Source: Candidatus Omnitrophota bacterium (GTDB taxonomy: Bacteria > Omnitrophota > Gorgyraeia > Zapsychrales > Zapsychraceae). From it: a stretch of DNA of 64,000 nt. Below the pieces are notes generated by a model that was given only the letters and a program-made list of their open reading frames with translations, searched no databases and had not been told where the DNA came from. How positions within the stretch are numbered: position 1 is the stretch's first letter; every line of letters starts with the position of its first letter. The DNA lies in contig JANQMA010000050.1 in NCBI GenBank assembly GCA_028280285.1, positions 38,055 through 102,054 of the forward strand, in the 5' to 3' direction. The translations under genes were made by a program, and so were the position numbers. Of this stretch, positions 30,920 to 41,306 are shown piece after piece.

Positions 30920-31855
30920 ATGAAACAAGACTCACGCATTTTGATTGTAGGTCACGGCGCTGTTGAAAATAGTCTGGTCAGTTATTTTAAAAAAAATAAT
31001 TTTGCAAACGTTTTTTCCATCACAGAATTGGGTCTTAACCCAACGATACAATCGTCGGTGTATGCGTTCTTTCAAAAAGAAAAACCTGAATATGTCTTTT
31101 TAGGTTCGACAAAGTCCGGTGGCATTCAGGCTAATCTTGATTTTCCGGCTGACTTTGTTTATCACAATACGGAAAGTCAGAATAATATATTCTATGCGGC
31201 GCGCAAATTTGGCACCAAAAAGGTTCTTTATTATGCTAGCTCCTGTATGTATCCGAAAGAGGCTCCTCAGCCTATGGTCGAAGATTTATTTTTGACAGGA
31301 GCCCTTGAAGAGTCATCAAAGCCTTACGCTGTGGCCAAAATAGCAGGCACAGTTATGGCCCAAGCGTTTAGTAACCAGTATGGACTTAAGACAGTTGTTA
31401 TGGTCCCGGCGACAATTTACGGTCCGGGGTGTGATACGGATTTAGCCCACGCGCATGTGCTAGGCGCGCTTATTGCGAAATTTGCCAAAGCGGCTTGTGA
31501 GGGAGAAGATTCCGTTGAGTTGTGGGGAACAGGTAATCCCAGACGGGAATTTATTTATGTTGATGATTTTGTTGAGGCGAGCCTATTTTTGATAAACAAG
31601 CATGACGATGCGGCTATTATTAATGCCGGTGTGGGGGATGATATCACCATTAAAGAGCTGGCCGAAACAATTGCAGAGATCTCTGGCTTTAAAGGCAAAA
31701 TCACATTTGATTTTTCCAAGCCCGATGGTGTTAAACAAAAACTGCTTGATAGTTCGCGCATTAATAAATGCGGATGGAGAGCAAAGGTAGGTTTACGTGA
31801 AGGAATTGAAAAAACGTATCAATGGTATAACAAGTCTTTAGCGCATAGCGTTTAG
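30920..31855 (+). CDS. GDP-L-fucose synthase family (Fcl-like) with a degenerate dinucleotide-binding motif
   Basis: SSCMYPK...YAVAK (Ser/Cys/Tyr/Lys catalytic set) and a near-collinear match to Fcl throughout. The N-terminal GHRGMVG of Fcl is GHGAVEN here. Confidence 0.7.
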   Translation: MKQDSRILIVGHGAVENSLVSYFKKNNFANVFSITELGLNPTIQSSVYAFFQKEKPEYVFLGSTKSGGIQANLDFPADFVYHNTESQNNIFYAARKFGTKKVLYYASSCMYPKEAPQPMVEDLFLTGALEESSKPYAVAKIAGTVMAQAFSNQYGLKTVVMVPATIYGPGCDTDLAHAHVLGALIAKFAKAACEGEDSVELWGTGNPRREFIYVDDFVEASLFLINKHDDAAIINAGVGDDITIKELAETIAEISGFKGKITFDFSKPDGVKQKLLDSSRINKCGWRAKVGLREGIEKTYQWYNKSLAHSV

Positions 31856-31899
31856 CGTTTAGATAGTTACTAGTCGCTATACGCTGTACGCTATACGCT
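31841..31899. repeat. Heptad element (GCGTTTA tandem / CGCTATACGC)
   Basis: gcgcatagcgtttagcgtttag...cgctatacgctgtacgctatacgc; overlaps the last codons of the fcl-like gene. Confidence 0.5.
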
Positions 31900-31916
31900 T
31901 TTAGAAAGGCAGTAAT

Positions 31917-32864
31917 ATGAACATTTTAGTTACAGGTGGGGCAGGGTATTTGGGTTCGGTGATTGTGCCCACCCTTTTAAGTGAAGGTCATCGTGTTATT
32001 GTTATCGACACGTTTATGTTTAATCAAACATCGCTTTTAGAATGTTGTATTGATGAAAAATTAACCGTTGTCCGTGACGATGCGAGTGATAAAAAGGTTA
32101 TAGAGAAATATATTAAAGGGGTCGATGCTATATTCCCATTAGCATGTCTGACCGGAGCACCATTGTGTGATAAAGAGCCGGAGCTTGCCAATAAAGTTAT
32201 CATTGACGGTTTGCAGCATATACTCGATTTGTGTGAAGATAGTCAAAAAATTATTTATCCAACAACAAACAGCGGTTATGGCGTTGGCGAAAAGGGTAAA
32301 TTTTGCACCGAAGAGACACCGCTTAGGCCGATTTCTCTTTATGGCAAGCTTAAGGTTAAAGCGGAAGAAATGGTGCTGGCTTCAGGACAAGGTATCACTT
32401 TGCGTCTGGCAACAGCCTTTGGCGTGTCTCCACGTCCGCGTCTTGATCTTTTGGTTAATGATTTTACTTACCAAGCCTACTTTACTCGTCATATAGAACT
32501 TTTCGAATCGCATTTTAAACGCAACTATATTCATGTGCGTGACATTGCCAAGGCCTTTATCCATATGTTAAATAATTTTGATCAACTGAAAGGCGAAGCG
32601 TACAATGTGGGCCTAAGTGATGCGAATTTAAGTAAATGGGAGCTGTGTGAAGAAATTCAAAAACAGATTCCGGATTTTACGTTTGATGAAAATCACGATG
32701 GGAAAGATCCTGATCAAAGAGATTATATTGTCAGCAACGATAAAATCGAGGCAACAGGATATCAACCAGACGTGTCTCTTGCTATGGGCATTGCCGAACT
32801 GATTAAAGCATTTCAGATTATTGAACAAGGCAGAAGCCGGGAAGTGCATTTTGCGAATATTTAA
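31917..32864 (+). CDS. NAD-dependent sugar epimerase/dehydratase (extended SDR)
   Basis: VTGGAGYLGS...YGKLK. Confidence 0.7.
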   Translation: MNILVTGGAGYLGSVIVPTLLSEGHRVIVIDTFMFNQTSLLECCIDEKLTVVRDDASDKKVIEKYIKGVDAIFPLACLTGAPLCDKEPELANKVIIDGLQHILDLCEDSQKIIYPTTNSGYGVGEKGKFCTEETPLRPISLYGKLKVKAEEMVLASGQGITLRLATAFGVSPRPRLDLLVNDFTYQAYFTRHIELFESHFKRNYIHVRDIAKAFIHMLNNFDQLKGEAYNVGLSDANLSKWELCEEIQKQIPDFTFDENHDGKDPDQRDYIVSNDKIEATGYQPDVSLAMGIAELIKAFQIIEQGRSREVHFANI

Positions 32865-32895
32865 TAATTGAGAGGTAATTAAGTAAGAATTTTTT

Positions 32896-32968
32896 AAACA
32901 ATAAACGTTAAACATTAAACAAGTTTATTGCCGAACAGTTTAATGTTTACTGTTTAAAGTTTTAAACT
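32896..32968. repeat. Heptad palindromic element, AT-rich variant (AAACATT / AATGTTT)
   Basis: aaacaat aaacgtt aaacatt aaacaag ... cagttta atgttta ctgttta aag. Related to the element at 6948..7017. Confidence 0.65.
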
Positions 32969-33000
32969 ACTTAATTTATATTGAATTGTGAAGGCAAGTT

Positions 33001-34515
33001 ATGAGTAATCAAATCGACATTTTATTTATTCACCCCAATGCGGCGAAGAAGATCTATCAGGATTTAAGCAAGAAGTTTTCGTCGATTGAACCTCCAATCT
33101 GGGCGGGGATGTTGACGTCCCATTGTCTTCATCATGGTTTTGCGGCAGAGATCCTCGACACGGATGCTGAGAATATGGACGCTGAGGAAACGGCTGAGGC
33201 GGTTAAACGGATGAATCCGCGTGTGGCGTGTTTTGTCGTCTATGGCCAACAGCCATCGGCCAGTTCTCAAAATATGACCGGTGCGGTGAGCATGGCCGAG
33301 GCCGTTAAGAATTTATGTCCGCAAGTGACTGTTCTTTTTGTTGGCGGTCATGTGAGCGCTCTACCGCAGGAGGTCATGGACCGGCATAGTTTTATCGATA
33401 TGGTGTGTCAAAACGAAGGCGTGTATACGATTTCGAATTTGCTTAAAACAAATCTTGTCGACAAACTCGATCAGGTTAAAGGCCTTGGATTCAGGCAGGA
33501 TGGGCAGATCGTTCTGAACGCTCCTTCACCGATTGTGGCTAAGCAGGATTTACCGACGGAACTCTCAGGAGTCTGCTGGGATAAGCTGCCGATGAACAAA
33601 TACCGAACATCACTTTGGCACGCCTATCCGAATAATTCTGAACAACAACCCTTTGCGGCGATTTACACTAGCCTTGGTTGTCCGATGCGATGCACATTTT
33701 GCATGATTAATATTATTAATCGTCAGGAAAATGAATATTCTGATGGGAGCGCCGTCTTTCGGTATTGGGATCCGGAGCATATCATTCGTGATTTCGATTA
33801 TTTTGCTGACCGCGGTATTAAAAATATCAAAATAGCTGATGAACTTTTTGTCCTCAATCAAAATCATTTTATGAAAATTTGTCAGCTGATTATTGAACGT
33901 GGGTATGACTTTAATATTTGGGCGTATTCGCGGATTGATACCGTGAAAGAAAAATATTTAGAGACGCTTAAAAAAGCCGGTGTCAATTGGCTTGCTTTGG
34001 GAATCGAAAGCGGCAATACGCGTGTGCGTAAGGATGTTACTAAAGGACGTTTTGAGGACGTCGATATTCGGGACATTGTCCAAAAAATTCGTGATCATGA
34101 TATCAATGTCATCGCCAATTATATTTTCGGTCTGCCTGAGGATGATATGGAGAGCATGCAAGGGACGCTTGATTTGGCCATGGAGATGAATACCGAAGAG
34201 GCCAATTTTTATTCGGCCATGGCCTATCCGGGAAGCCCGCTTTACGGACAGGCAAAAAAGGAAGGGTGGCAATTACCGGAAACATATTCAGGCTATTCCC
34301 AGCATTCCTATGATCAGCAACCTTTACCGACGAAATATTTAACCGCCGAGCAGGTGCTTGCCTTTCGCGATCAGGCCTGGATGAAATATCATACAGATCC
34401 AGCATTTCTTGATTTGATAAGAAAGAAATTTGGTCAGGTTGCGGTTGATCGCACGCTTGAATCAACGGAAATTAAATTAAAACGAAAAATCCTGGAGGAA
34501 ACAGCGATCTCATGA
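33001..34515 (+). CDS. Cobalamin-binding radical SAM enzyme (class B), probable glycan-modifying methyltransferase
   Basis: N-terminal B12-binding-like domain, then the YTSLGCPMRCTFCMI CxxxCxxC cluster at ~aa 225. Stop overlaps the hddA-like start. Confidence 0.65.
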   Translation: MSNQIDILFIHPNAAKKIYQDLSKKFSSIEPPIWAGMLTSHCLHHGFAAEILDTDAENMDAEETAEAVKRMNPRVACFVVYGQQPSASSQNMTGAVSMAEAVKNLCPQVTVLFVGGHVSALPQEVMDRHSFIDMVCQNEGVYTISNLLKTNLVDKLDQVKGLGFRQDGQIVLNAPSPIVAKQDLPTELSGVCWDKLPMNKYRTSLWHAYPNNSEQQPFAAIYTSLGCPMRCTFCMINIINRQENEYSDGSAVFRYWDPEHIIRDFDYFADRGIKNIKIADELFVLNQNHFMKICQLIIERGYDFNIWAYSRIDTVKEKYLETLKKAGVNWLALGIESGNTRVRKDVTKGRFEDVDIRDIVQKIRDHDINVIANYIFGLPEDDMESMQGTLDLAMEMNTEEANFYSAMAYPGSPLYGQAKKEGWQLPETYSGYSQHSYDQQPLPTKYLTAEQVLAFRDQAWMKYHTDPAFLDLIRKKFGQVAVDRTLESTEIKLKRKILEETAIS

Positions 34516-35507
34516 TTATAAGCCGCACACCGTTTCGTATTTCATTTTTTGGAGGAGGGACAGACTATCCGACATGGTATGAAAAGCATGGAGGCGCTGT
34601 CCTGGCGACGACCATTAATAAATACTGTTATATCACGTGCCGTTATTTACCGCCGTTCTTTGATCACAAGTCACGGATTATCTATTCGAAAATGGAGCAT
34701 GTAACAAAACTGGGTGAGATTGACCATCCGGCGGTCCGTGAGGTCCTCAGGTTTCTTAAAATCAAAAAAGGTGTTGAAATCCATCACGATGGGGATTTAC
34801 CGGCGAGAACAGGTTTAGGGTCAAGTTCATCGTTTACCGTTGGGCTTCTTAATGCGATGTATGCACTGATTGGACAGATGCCCACCAAAGAACGCTTAGC
34901 CGACGAGGCGATTTATATTGAACAAAAAAAATGCAAAGAGTATGTCGGTTGCCAGGACCAGGCTCTGGCGGCCCACGGCGGGCTTAACTATATCCAATTC
35001 GGTGGCGTCGATCATTTATCTGTCCGTAAAATGACATTACCTAACGACAGGGTAAAAAATCTTGAGAAGCATATGATGCTTTATTTCACGGGATTTTCGC
35101 GTTTTGCCTCAAAGATCGCCGAACATCAGGTAAAAAATATATCTAACAAAAAAACCGATTTAACGGCTATGTACCAGATGACACAAGAAGCGATGAAACT
35201 GCTTAAAAAAGGTGACTTAAAAAGTTTCGGAAGACTGCTTGATGAGAGCTGGCAGATTAAACGGCAATTGTCAGATAAGGTAACAACGCCTGCCATTGAT
35301 CATATTTATAATACGGCGATTAAGGCTGGAGCGCTTGGCGGCAAGCTGCTCGGGGCTGGTGGCGGCGGGTTTATTTTGATTTATGCCGAGCCGTCTAAAC
35401 AAAAACAGATTCGTGAAAAGTTAAAAAAGTTTTTACTTGTTCCTTTTAAATTTGAACGATCAGGCAGCCAAATTATTGTCTATCAACCAAACGGCGAATA
35501 TGAGTAA
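34512..35507 (+). CDS. GHMP kinase, D-glycero-alpha-D-manno-heptose 7-phosphate kinase-like (HddA family)
   Basis: ISRTPFRISFFGGGTD N-terminus and GHMP motif GLGSSSS. Confidence 0.7.
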   Translation: MIISRTPFRISFFGGGTDYPTWYEKHGGAVLATTINKYCYITCRYLPPFFDHKSRIIYSKMEHVTKLGEIDHPAVREVLRFLKIKKGVEIHHDGDLPARTGLGSSSSFTVGLLNAMYALIGQMPTKERLADEAIYIEQKKCKEYVGCQDQALAAHGGLNYIQFGGVDHLSVRKMTLPNDRVKNLEKHMMLYFTGFSRFASKIAEHQVKNISNKKTDLTAMYQMTQEAMKLLKKGDLKSFGRLLDESWQIKRQLSDKVTTPAIDHIYNTAIKAGALGGKLLGAGGGGFILIYAEPSKQKQIREKLKKFLLVPFKFERSGSQIIVYQPNGEYE

Positions 35508-36213
35508 TGCCATGAACATCGAGGATTTGGACGTTGTTATTTTATGCGGAGGACTGGGGACACGACTGCGTCCGTCGATTGGCGAAGCGCAGAAAGTTAT
35601 GGCCGATGTGAATGGTAAACCATTTTTGGATTTTCATATCGAACATTTAAAGGGGCAAGGTGTTGAGCGCATTATTTTATGTACCGGTTATAAATCGGAA
35701 GAAGTTGAAAATTATTACCGAAGTCGAGACAATGACATCGCTATAGATTTTGCGCGGGAGTTTGAACCGCTGGGCACAGGTGGGGCGATTAAAAACGCCG
35801 AACCGCTTATTGAAAGTGATCCGTTTGTTGTGCTGAATGGCGATTCGTTTTGCGCATTTGATCTTAATGCTTTACTAAAGGAATATTTTAAAGAAGAGCG
35901 GTTGGCCTCGATTGTTGTCGGTTGTAAAAAAGATGTCAGTGATTATGGAACAGTTGAAGTGAATGGCGATGGATTAGTCACGGCTTTTAAGGAAAAAACT
36001 CAAACAAAACAAGAAGGTTTTGTGAATGCCGGTGTTTACTGTTTTTCAGGAGAAATATTTTTATCTTTTCCCGAGGGAGATAAGTTTTCTTTAGAACGGG
36101 ATGTTTTTCCGCAATTGACTCAAGCAAAAAATATTTCATCGGTTGTGATGGAAGAAGAATTTTTTGACATCGGCACACCGAAAAAATACAAAACATTCGT
36201 ATCAAATAGATAA
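35500..36213 (+). CDS. Sugar-1-phosphate nucleotidyltransferase (HddC-like, heptose-1-P guanylyltransferase)
   Basis: VVILCGGLGTRLRP. Start chosen at MSNAMN, overlapping the hddA end. Confidence 0.65.
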   Translation: MSNAMNIEDLDVVILCGGLGTRLRPSIGEAQKVMADVNGKPFLDFHIEHLKGQGVERIILCTGYKSEEVENYYRSRDNDIAIDFAREFEPLGTGGAIKNAEPLIESDPFVVLNGDSFCAFDLNALLKEYFKEERLASIVVGCKKDVSDYGTVEVNGDGLVTAFKEKTQTKQEGFVNAGVYCFSGEIFLSFPEGDKFSLERDVFPQLTQAKNISSVVMEEEFFDIGTPKKYKTFVSNR

Positions 36214-36222
36214 GGATTTTAA

Positions 36223-37395
36223 GTGACCATTGACAATCAAAAAAGTTCAACCCTTTCGGCTAAGGCGAAATTCAAGGTTCCTTTCGGAACGGTTTCTATT
36301 ACCGATAAAGCCAAGGAACTGATTAATGAGGCGTTGGCATCAAACTGGGTGACGCGCGGTAAATATACCGATGAGTTTGAAAAAAAGTTTGCCACACTCT
36401 TTGGTGCGAAGCATGGTGTATCGGTTTCAAGCGGGACCGACGCTGATACGATTGCCTGTGCGGTACTTTATGATTTTGGCGCCGAGCGTGGTGATGAGAT
36501 TATTGTCCCGGCATTAACCTTTGTTGCGACGGGGAATTCTGTTCTTGCCGCCGGGTTTAAGCCGGTCTTTGTTGATGTTAAGCGTGATACGCTTAACATT
36601 GATCCGGACAAAATCGAGGCGGCGATTACACCGAAAACACGTGCGATTATGCCGGTGCATTTGATGGGCAAGCCCGCAGATATGGATGCGATTATGGCGA
36701 TTGCCAAAAAACACAATCTCTATGTGATTGAAGACGCCGCCGAAGCCCATGGGGCCGAATATAAGGGCAAGGTTTGCGGATCGATTGGAGATATGGCTTG
36801 CTACAGTTTATATGCCGCGCACATTATAACAACCATTGAAGGCGGGATTATGATTACGAATAATGATCAAATGGCCAATGCCATGATTTCTCTGCGTAAT
36901 CATGGGATTGAAGGTAAGTTTCAATTTAAGCGGATCGGTTTTTCTGCCAAAATGAATGAGCTGGAAGCGGCCGTCGGCCTGGGGAATATTGAAATATACG
37001 ATCATATCTTAAATACCCGTCGACGTAATTTGCTGCACTTGATTGATATCTTTAAAAAGTATGATGACTATTTTATCTCCATTAGAGAAGAAACTCACGA
37101 GAAAATCGGTCCGCATGCGTTTTCGATTATTGTGCGTGAGACGACCGGATTCAGCAAAGATGAATTTGTTTCTTATTTAGAAGAAAAGGGGGTTGATTCA
37201 CGTAATCTCTTTTATTCGATTCCGACACAGACAGACAGTTATCGGTTTTTAGGGCATACATTAGGTGATTTTCCTGAAGCGGAGTTTTGTTCCGATAATG
37301 GTACACATATCGGGATTCATCAGGATTTGGATATAGAACAGTTAGACTATGTCGGGCAAGTGGTGGAGGAGTTTTTAAAGACTTATGCCAAATAA
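36223..37395 (+). CDS. DegT/DnrJ/EryC1 family PLP-dependent sugar aminotransferase
   Basis: Collinear family match including the VSSGTDA pocket and the PLP-binding Lys region. Confidence 0.8.
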   Translation: MTIDNQKSSTLSAKAKFKVPFGTVSITDKAKELINEALASNWVTRGKYTDEFEKKFATLFGAKHGVSVSSGTDADTIACAVLYDFGAERGDEIIVPALTFVATGNSVLAAGFKPVFVDVKRDTLNIDPDKIEAAITPKTRAIMPVHLMGKPADMDAIMAIAKKHNLYVIEDAAEAHGAEYKGKVCGSIGDMACYSLYAAHIITTIEGGIMITNNDQMANAMISLRNHGIEGKFQFKRIGFSAKMNELEAAVGLGNIEIYDHILNTRRRNLLHLIDIFKKYDDYFISIREETHEKIGPHAFSIIVRETTGFSKDEFVSYLEEKGVDSRNLFYSIPTQTDSYRFLGHTLGDFPEAEFCSDNGTHIGIHQDLDIEQLDYVGQVVEEFLKTYAK

Positions 37396-38440
37396 ATCAA
37401 ATCATTATGCCGTTATTCTCGCCGGAGGTTCCGGCACGCGCTTCTGGCCGATGAGCCGTGCGTCCTATCCTAAACAATTCCTTAAAATTGTCGGCAATAC
37501 CAGCTTACTGCAGCAAACAGTGGCCCGTATTATCTCAACGATCAAACCGCGTAATATTTATATTGTAACGAATAAAAAGCAGGCCAAAGATGTCGCGACT
37601 CAACTGAAAGGCAGTGGCGTTCCCAAGGCTAACATTATGTGCGAGCCTGAAGGGAAAAACACGGCACCGGCGGTTCTTTGGGCGTGCACAACGATTTATC
37701 GTAAGAATAAGAATGCGATTTTTGCCATTTTGCCGTCGGATCATTTAATCACTAAGAAAAAGGATTTTATCAAGTGTCTTAAAAGCGCTTATCAATTGGC
37801 CGATCAAGATTATTTGGTTACCTTTGGGATTAAACCGACACGGCCGGATACAGGGTTCGGCTATTTAAAGACACGTAAAATCAAAGGCGATGTCTATAAA
37901 GTAGAGCGTTTTACCGAAAAGCCTTCAGCGAAAATTGCCACGCGCTATGTGCAATCGAAAAATTATTTTTGGAATTCAGGTATGTTTGTCTGGAAATGCG
38001 CAACACTTATGGCCAAATATAAAAAACATGCGCGCAAAATTTATAATCTGATTGGCGAAAATAATTCCGATCAGGCGATCAAACGCAACTGGAAGAAGTT
38101 GCCGAACATCTCCGTCGACTACGCGATTTTAGAAAAAGATAAAGATGTCGTTGCTGTTGCCGCACGCGACATCGGCTGGTCGGATTTGGGAAGCTGGGAT
38201 TCTTTGTGTGAAGCACTCGGCGCAGATAAAAACGAAAATATCATTCAAGGGGATGTGTTAATACATAACAGCCAAAACAACTATGTGAGCAGCTCTAAAA
38301 AACTTATCGCCTTAAGTGATGTTGATGATTTAATTGTGGTTGATTGTGACGATGCGCTTTTAATATGTAGGAAAGACGCTTCGCAGAATGTTAAAGTGAT
38401 CGTTGAGAAGTTAAAGAAGGATAAGCGAAAGGAGATATGA
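37385..38440 (+). CDS. manC: Mannose-1-phosphate guanylyltransferase (nucleotidyltransferase domain only)
   Basis: YAVILAGGSGTRFWPMSR...PKQF. Confidence 0.75.
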   Translation: MPNKSNHYAVILAGGSGTRFWPMSRASYPKQFLKIVGNTSLLQQTVARIISTIKPRNIYIVTNKKQAKDVATQLKGSGVPKANIMCEPEGKNTAPAVLWACTTIYRKNKNAIFAILPSDHLITKKKDFIKCLKSAYQLADQDYLVTFGIKPTRPDTGFGYLKTRKIKGDVYKVERFTEKPSAKIATRYVQSKNYFWNSGMFVWKCATLMAKYKKHARKIYNLIGENNSDQAIKRNWKKLPNISVDYAILEKDKDVVAVAARDIGWSDLGSWDSLCEALGADKNENIIQGDVLIHNSQNNYVSSSKKLIALSDVDDLIVVDCDDALLICRKDASQNVKVIVEKLKKDKRKEI

Positions 38441-39537
38441 ATTTTCTTAAGTCCCCTCCCAAACGTATCCTCATCATCAACACCTTCGGTATCGGAGATG
38501 TTTTATTTACAACCCCATTTATAACGAATCTCAAAAAAGTTTATCCTAATGCACAAATTGACTATGTCGCCAACCGCCGCACGAAAACGGTGCTGCATAA
38601 CAATCCGCACATTACGCATGTTTATGTCTACGAACGTGATGAATATAAAGCTGTTTTAGAAAAGTCGTGGTTTGCTTATCTCAAAAAAGTGATATCTTTT
38701 TTAAGTGAAATCCGCCGTGCTAAGTACGACCTTCTGTTTGATTTTTCGCTTAATACTTCTATTGGATTTATGGCTCTGCTAACCGGTGTGCCGCACAGGG
38801 TTGGTTTTAATTTTAAAAATAGGGGAAAATTTTTAAATCATACTGTCAAGCTTGATGAGAATGGTTATTATCAAAAGCATATGGTCGGATATTATATGGA
38901 CTTATTGAGACGTTTTGGATCTAAAACTAATTATGAGCCAATGCGACTTTATTTGGCGGCTGAAGATACAGCTTTTGCCGAACATTTTTGGGAAGAAAAT
39001 GGACTAAAACCGGATGATCTGGTGATCGGCATTGTGCCGGGCGGTGGGGCCAGTTGGGGGCGCGATGCCCACCTAAAACGCTGGTCGGCCGAAAAATATG
39101 CCAAATTAGCTGATAATTTAATTGAAAAACACCGGGCGGTCATTATACTAATGGGTGATAAGACCGAAGAGGTTTTATGTCGAGAAGTTGCCGATTTAAT
39201 GGGCCACACACCGATTTCAGCCTGTGGCAAAACCAACATACATCAATTTGGCGCGCTTGCGCAAAAATGCCAGTTAGTGGTGCTTAATGACGGCGGACCG
39301 CTGCATATGGCTGTGGCTTCGGGCGCCCGGACTGTTTCCATTTTCGGTCCTGTGGATGATAAGGTTTATGGTCCTTATCCGCGCAAAGGGCACAGTGTGG
39401 TGCGTAAAAAGCTTGATGACGTGACTATTTACACAGGCTTTCGTCTTAAAGAGGGTTCGGCCCCAAGCAGTTTGGCGCAGACAAACGTAGATGAGGTTTA
39501 TAAGCAGATTGAGCAAGCTTTAATAGATAAGCGATAA
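38437..39537 (+). CDS. Glycosyltransferase family 9 (heptosyltransferase)
   Basis: ILIINTFGIGDVLFTTP N-terminus and GT9 C-terminal motifs. Confidence 0.75.
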   Translation: MNFLKSPPKRILIINTFGIGDVLFTTPFITNLKKVYPNAQIDYVANRRTKTVLHNNPHITHVYVYERDEYKAVLEKSWFAYLKKVISFLSEIRRAKYDLLFDFSLNTSIGFMALLTGVPHRVGFNFKNRGKFLNHTVKLDENGYYQKHMVGYYMDLLRRFGSKTNYEPMRLYLAAEDTAFAEHFWEENGLKPDDLVIGIVPGGGASWGRDAHLKRWSAEKYAKLADNLIEKHRAVIILMGDKTEEVLCREVADLMGHTPISACGKTNIHQFGALAQKCQLVVLNDGGPLHMAVASGARTVSIFGPVDDKVYGPYPRKGHSVVRKKLDDVTIYTGFRLKEGSAPSSLAQTNVDEVYKQIEQALIDKR

Positions 39538-39545
39538 CAAAAGGT

Positions 39546-39604
39546 ACTAGGTTTTAGGTGTTGGGTGTTAGTCGGCTAAAACCCAAAACCTCACACCTAA
39601 TACC
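39546..39604. repeat. Heptad palindromic element (GGTTTTAGG / TGTTGGG family, related to the miaA-flanking copies)
   Basis: actaggttttaggtgttgggtgttag tcggc taaaacccaaaacctcacacctaatacc. Confidence 0.7.
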
Positions 39605-39626
39605 TCGAATTATAAAGAGAAAAAAC

Positions 39627-40421
39627 ATGAGTATTGTGTCAGTATCAGCTGTGATTATCACAAAAAATGAAGAAGACAATATTGCAATGTGTTTGGACAG
39701 CCTTAAAGGCTGGGCCAATGAGATTATTATTGTCGATGATGAGAGTACGGATAAAACCGTCGAACTTGCTTATAAATATACAGACCGTATTTTTCACCGC
39801 AAGATGGATATAGAAGGTAAGCATCGTAACTGGGCTTATGCCCAGGCGAAAAATGAATGGGTGATTAGTTTAGACGCGGATGAATATGTAACCGAAGAAT
39901 TGAAACAAGAAATCAATGAAGCGCTGGTTGACACAACACATAGCGCGTTTTCTATTCCTCTTAGAAACTTTATCGGTTCTTATCAAGTGCGTTATTCCGG
40001 TTGGTATCCGGCAGGGAAAGTGCGGCTCTTTAAAAAAAGTGTTTTTCGTTATGAAGAAGTTAAAGTTCATCCACGGGCTTTTCTCGACGATAACGGGACC
40101 AACGGGCATTTGACCAAAGATATTGTGCATAAGGGTTATCCTGATATTGAACATTTTCTTGGAAGCCTTAATCGCCAGACGACCTGGGAGGCACAGAAGT
40201 GGATCGAGACAAACCGTAAGGTAACCTTCGGTAAAATTTTGTGGCGCACATTTGATCGGTTTCCGCGTACATATTTCCGTAAAAAAGGGCATAAGGACGG
40301 ATTTTTCGGATTTATCATTGCTTTTTTTGCGTCGCTCTATCAGATTATGAGTTATATGAAATACCGGCACATGTTGTATGAACAAAAAATCGCCAATGGC
40401 GACAAGAATCCTAAAATATAG
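39627..40421 (+). CDS. Glycosyltransferase family 2
   Basis: VSAVIITKNEE...IIIVDDESTD plus DxD. The track start at 39558 lies inside the repeat; I use the ATG at 39627. Confidence 0.75.
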   Translation: MSIVSVSAVIITKNEEDNIAMCLDSLKGWANEIIIVDDESTDKTVELAYKYTDRIFHRKMDIEGKHRNWAYAQAKNEWVISLDADEYVTEELKQEINEALVDTTHSAFSIPLRNFIGSYQVRYSGWYPAGKVRLFKKSVFRYEEVKVHPRAFLDDNGTNGHLTKDIVHKGYPDIEHFLGSLNRQTTWEAQKWIETNRKVTFGKILWRTFDRFPRTYFRKKGHKDGFFGFIIAFFASLYQIMSYMKYRHMLYEQKIANGDKNPKI

Positions 40422-41104
40422 TGGTAAAAGATAAAAAATTAAAAATCGTATTTCTTGACCGCGATGGGGTGATTAATGAATTTCCCGGAAACGGACGTTA
40501 CGTAACGAAAGTTAAGGATTTTCATTTTATACCGGGTTCACTTGATGCCATCCGTCAGTTAACGGAAGAAGGCTACACATTGTTTGTCATATCCAATCAA
40601 GCTGGTGTTGGGAAGGGATTATTTACGCAGAAGAAGCTTGAACAGATTACAAAGAAAATGCTCGAAGGTATTAAAAAAGCGGGGGGTAAGATCAGAAAAG
40701 TTTATTATGCAACGGCCCGCTCGGATGAAGGGTCGCCCGACCGCAAGCCGGGGATCGGGCTTATTAAAAAAGCGATGAAGCTACTTGGCAAAGACATGCG
40801 TTTAGCTCGTCAAGCGTACTTTGTTGGCGATACGGAATCCGATATTCAAGCCGGAAAAAACGCGAATATGAAAACAATCTTTGTTTTGTCAGGGCGTGAA
40901 GATTGTGTATATATGCGCCGTTGGGATGACGTAGTGCCTGATTATATTTTTAAAAACTTACTTGAAGCAACCAAGCTTATTACCGGCAAAGGCGGCGAAC
41001 CGCATATCATAAAACCATATTCCAAGTTGGCCAAACGCAAGACCAATAGGGTCCGGCGTAAAGAAGGGATTCATTACCGTCGGCGCTATTCGGACCGATT
41101 CTGA
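40421..41104 (+). CDS. gmhB: D,D-heptose 1,7-bisphosphate phosphatase with a basic C-terminal tail
   Basis: HAD motif VFLDRDGVINE, GmhB-like core, and an extra ~40 aa Arg/Lys-rich tail. Confidence 0.7.
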   Translation: MVKDKKLKIVFLDRDGVINEFPGNGRYVTKVKDFHFIPGSLDAIRQLTEEGYTLFVISNQAGVGKGLFTQKKLEQITKKMLEGIKKAGGKIRKVYYATARSDEGSPDRKPGIGLIKKAMKLLGKDMRLARQAYFVGDTESDIQAGKNANMKTIFVLSGREDCVYMRRWDDVVPDYIFKNLLEATKLITGKGGEPHIIKPYSKLAKRKTNRVRRKEGIHYRRRYSDRF

Positions 41105-41128
41105 TTGAATTGTTTGGTATGATATTGA

Positions 41129-41282
41129 TGTTGGAAGAAGTTTTAAGAGGTTTAAAGATGTTGAAAAATGTCAAAATGTTATATAAAGTTTCAAGAGGTT
41201 GTATTATTAACATTCTGTAACATTTAGAAACTTCTAACGTCTTCCAACCTATTTGAACCTTTTTAAACTTTTTTTAACCTTT
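41129..41282. repeat. Long (~150 bp) imperfect heptad palindrome
   Basis: tgttggaagaagttttaagaggtttaaagatgtt... is mirrored by ...aacatttagaaacttctaacgtcttccaacc. Confidence 0.55.
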
Positions 41283-41306
41283 GATACGATAAGGCCAATC
41301 AATATT

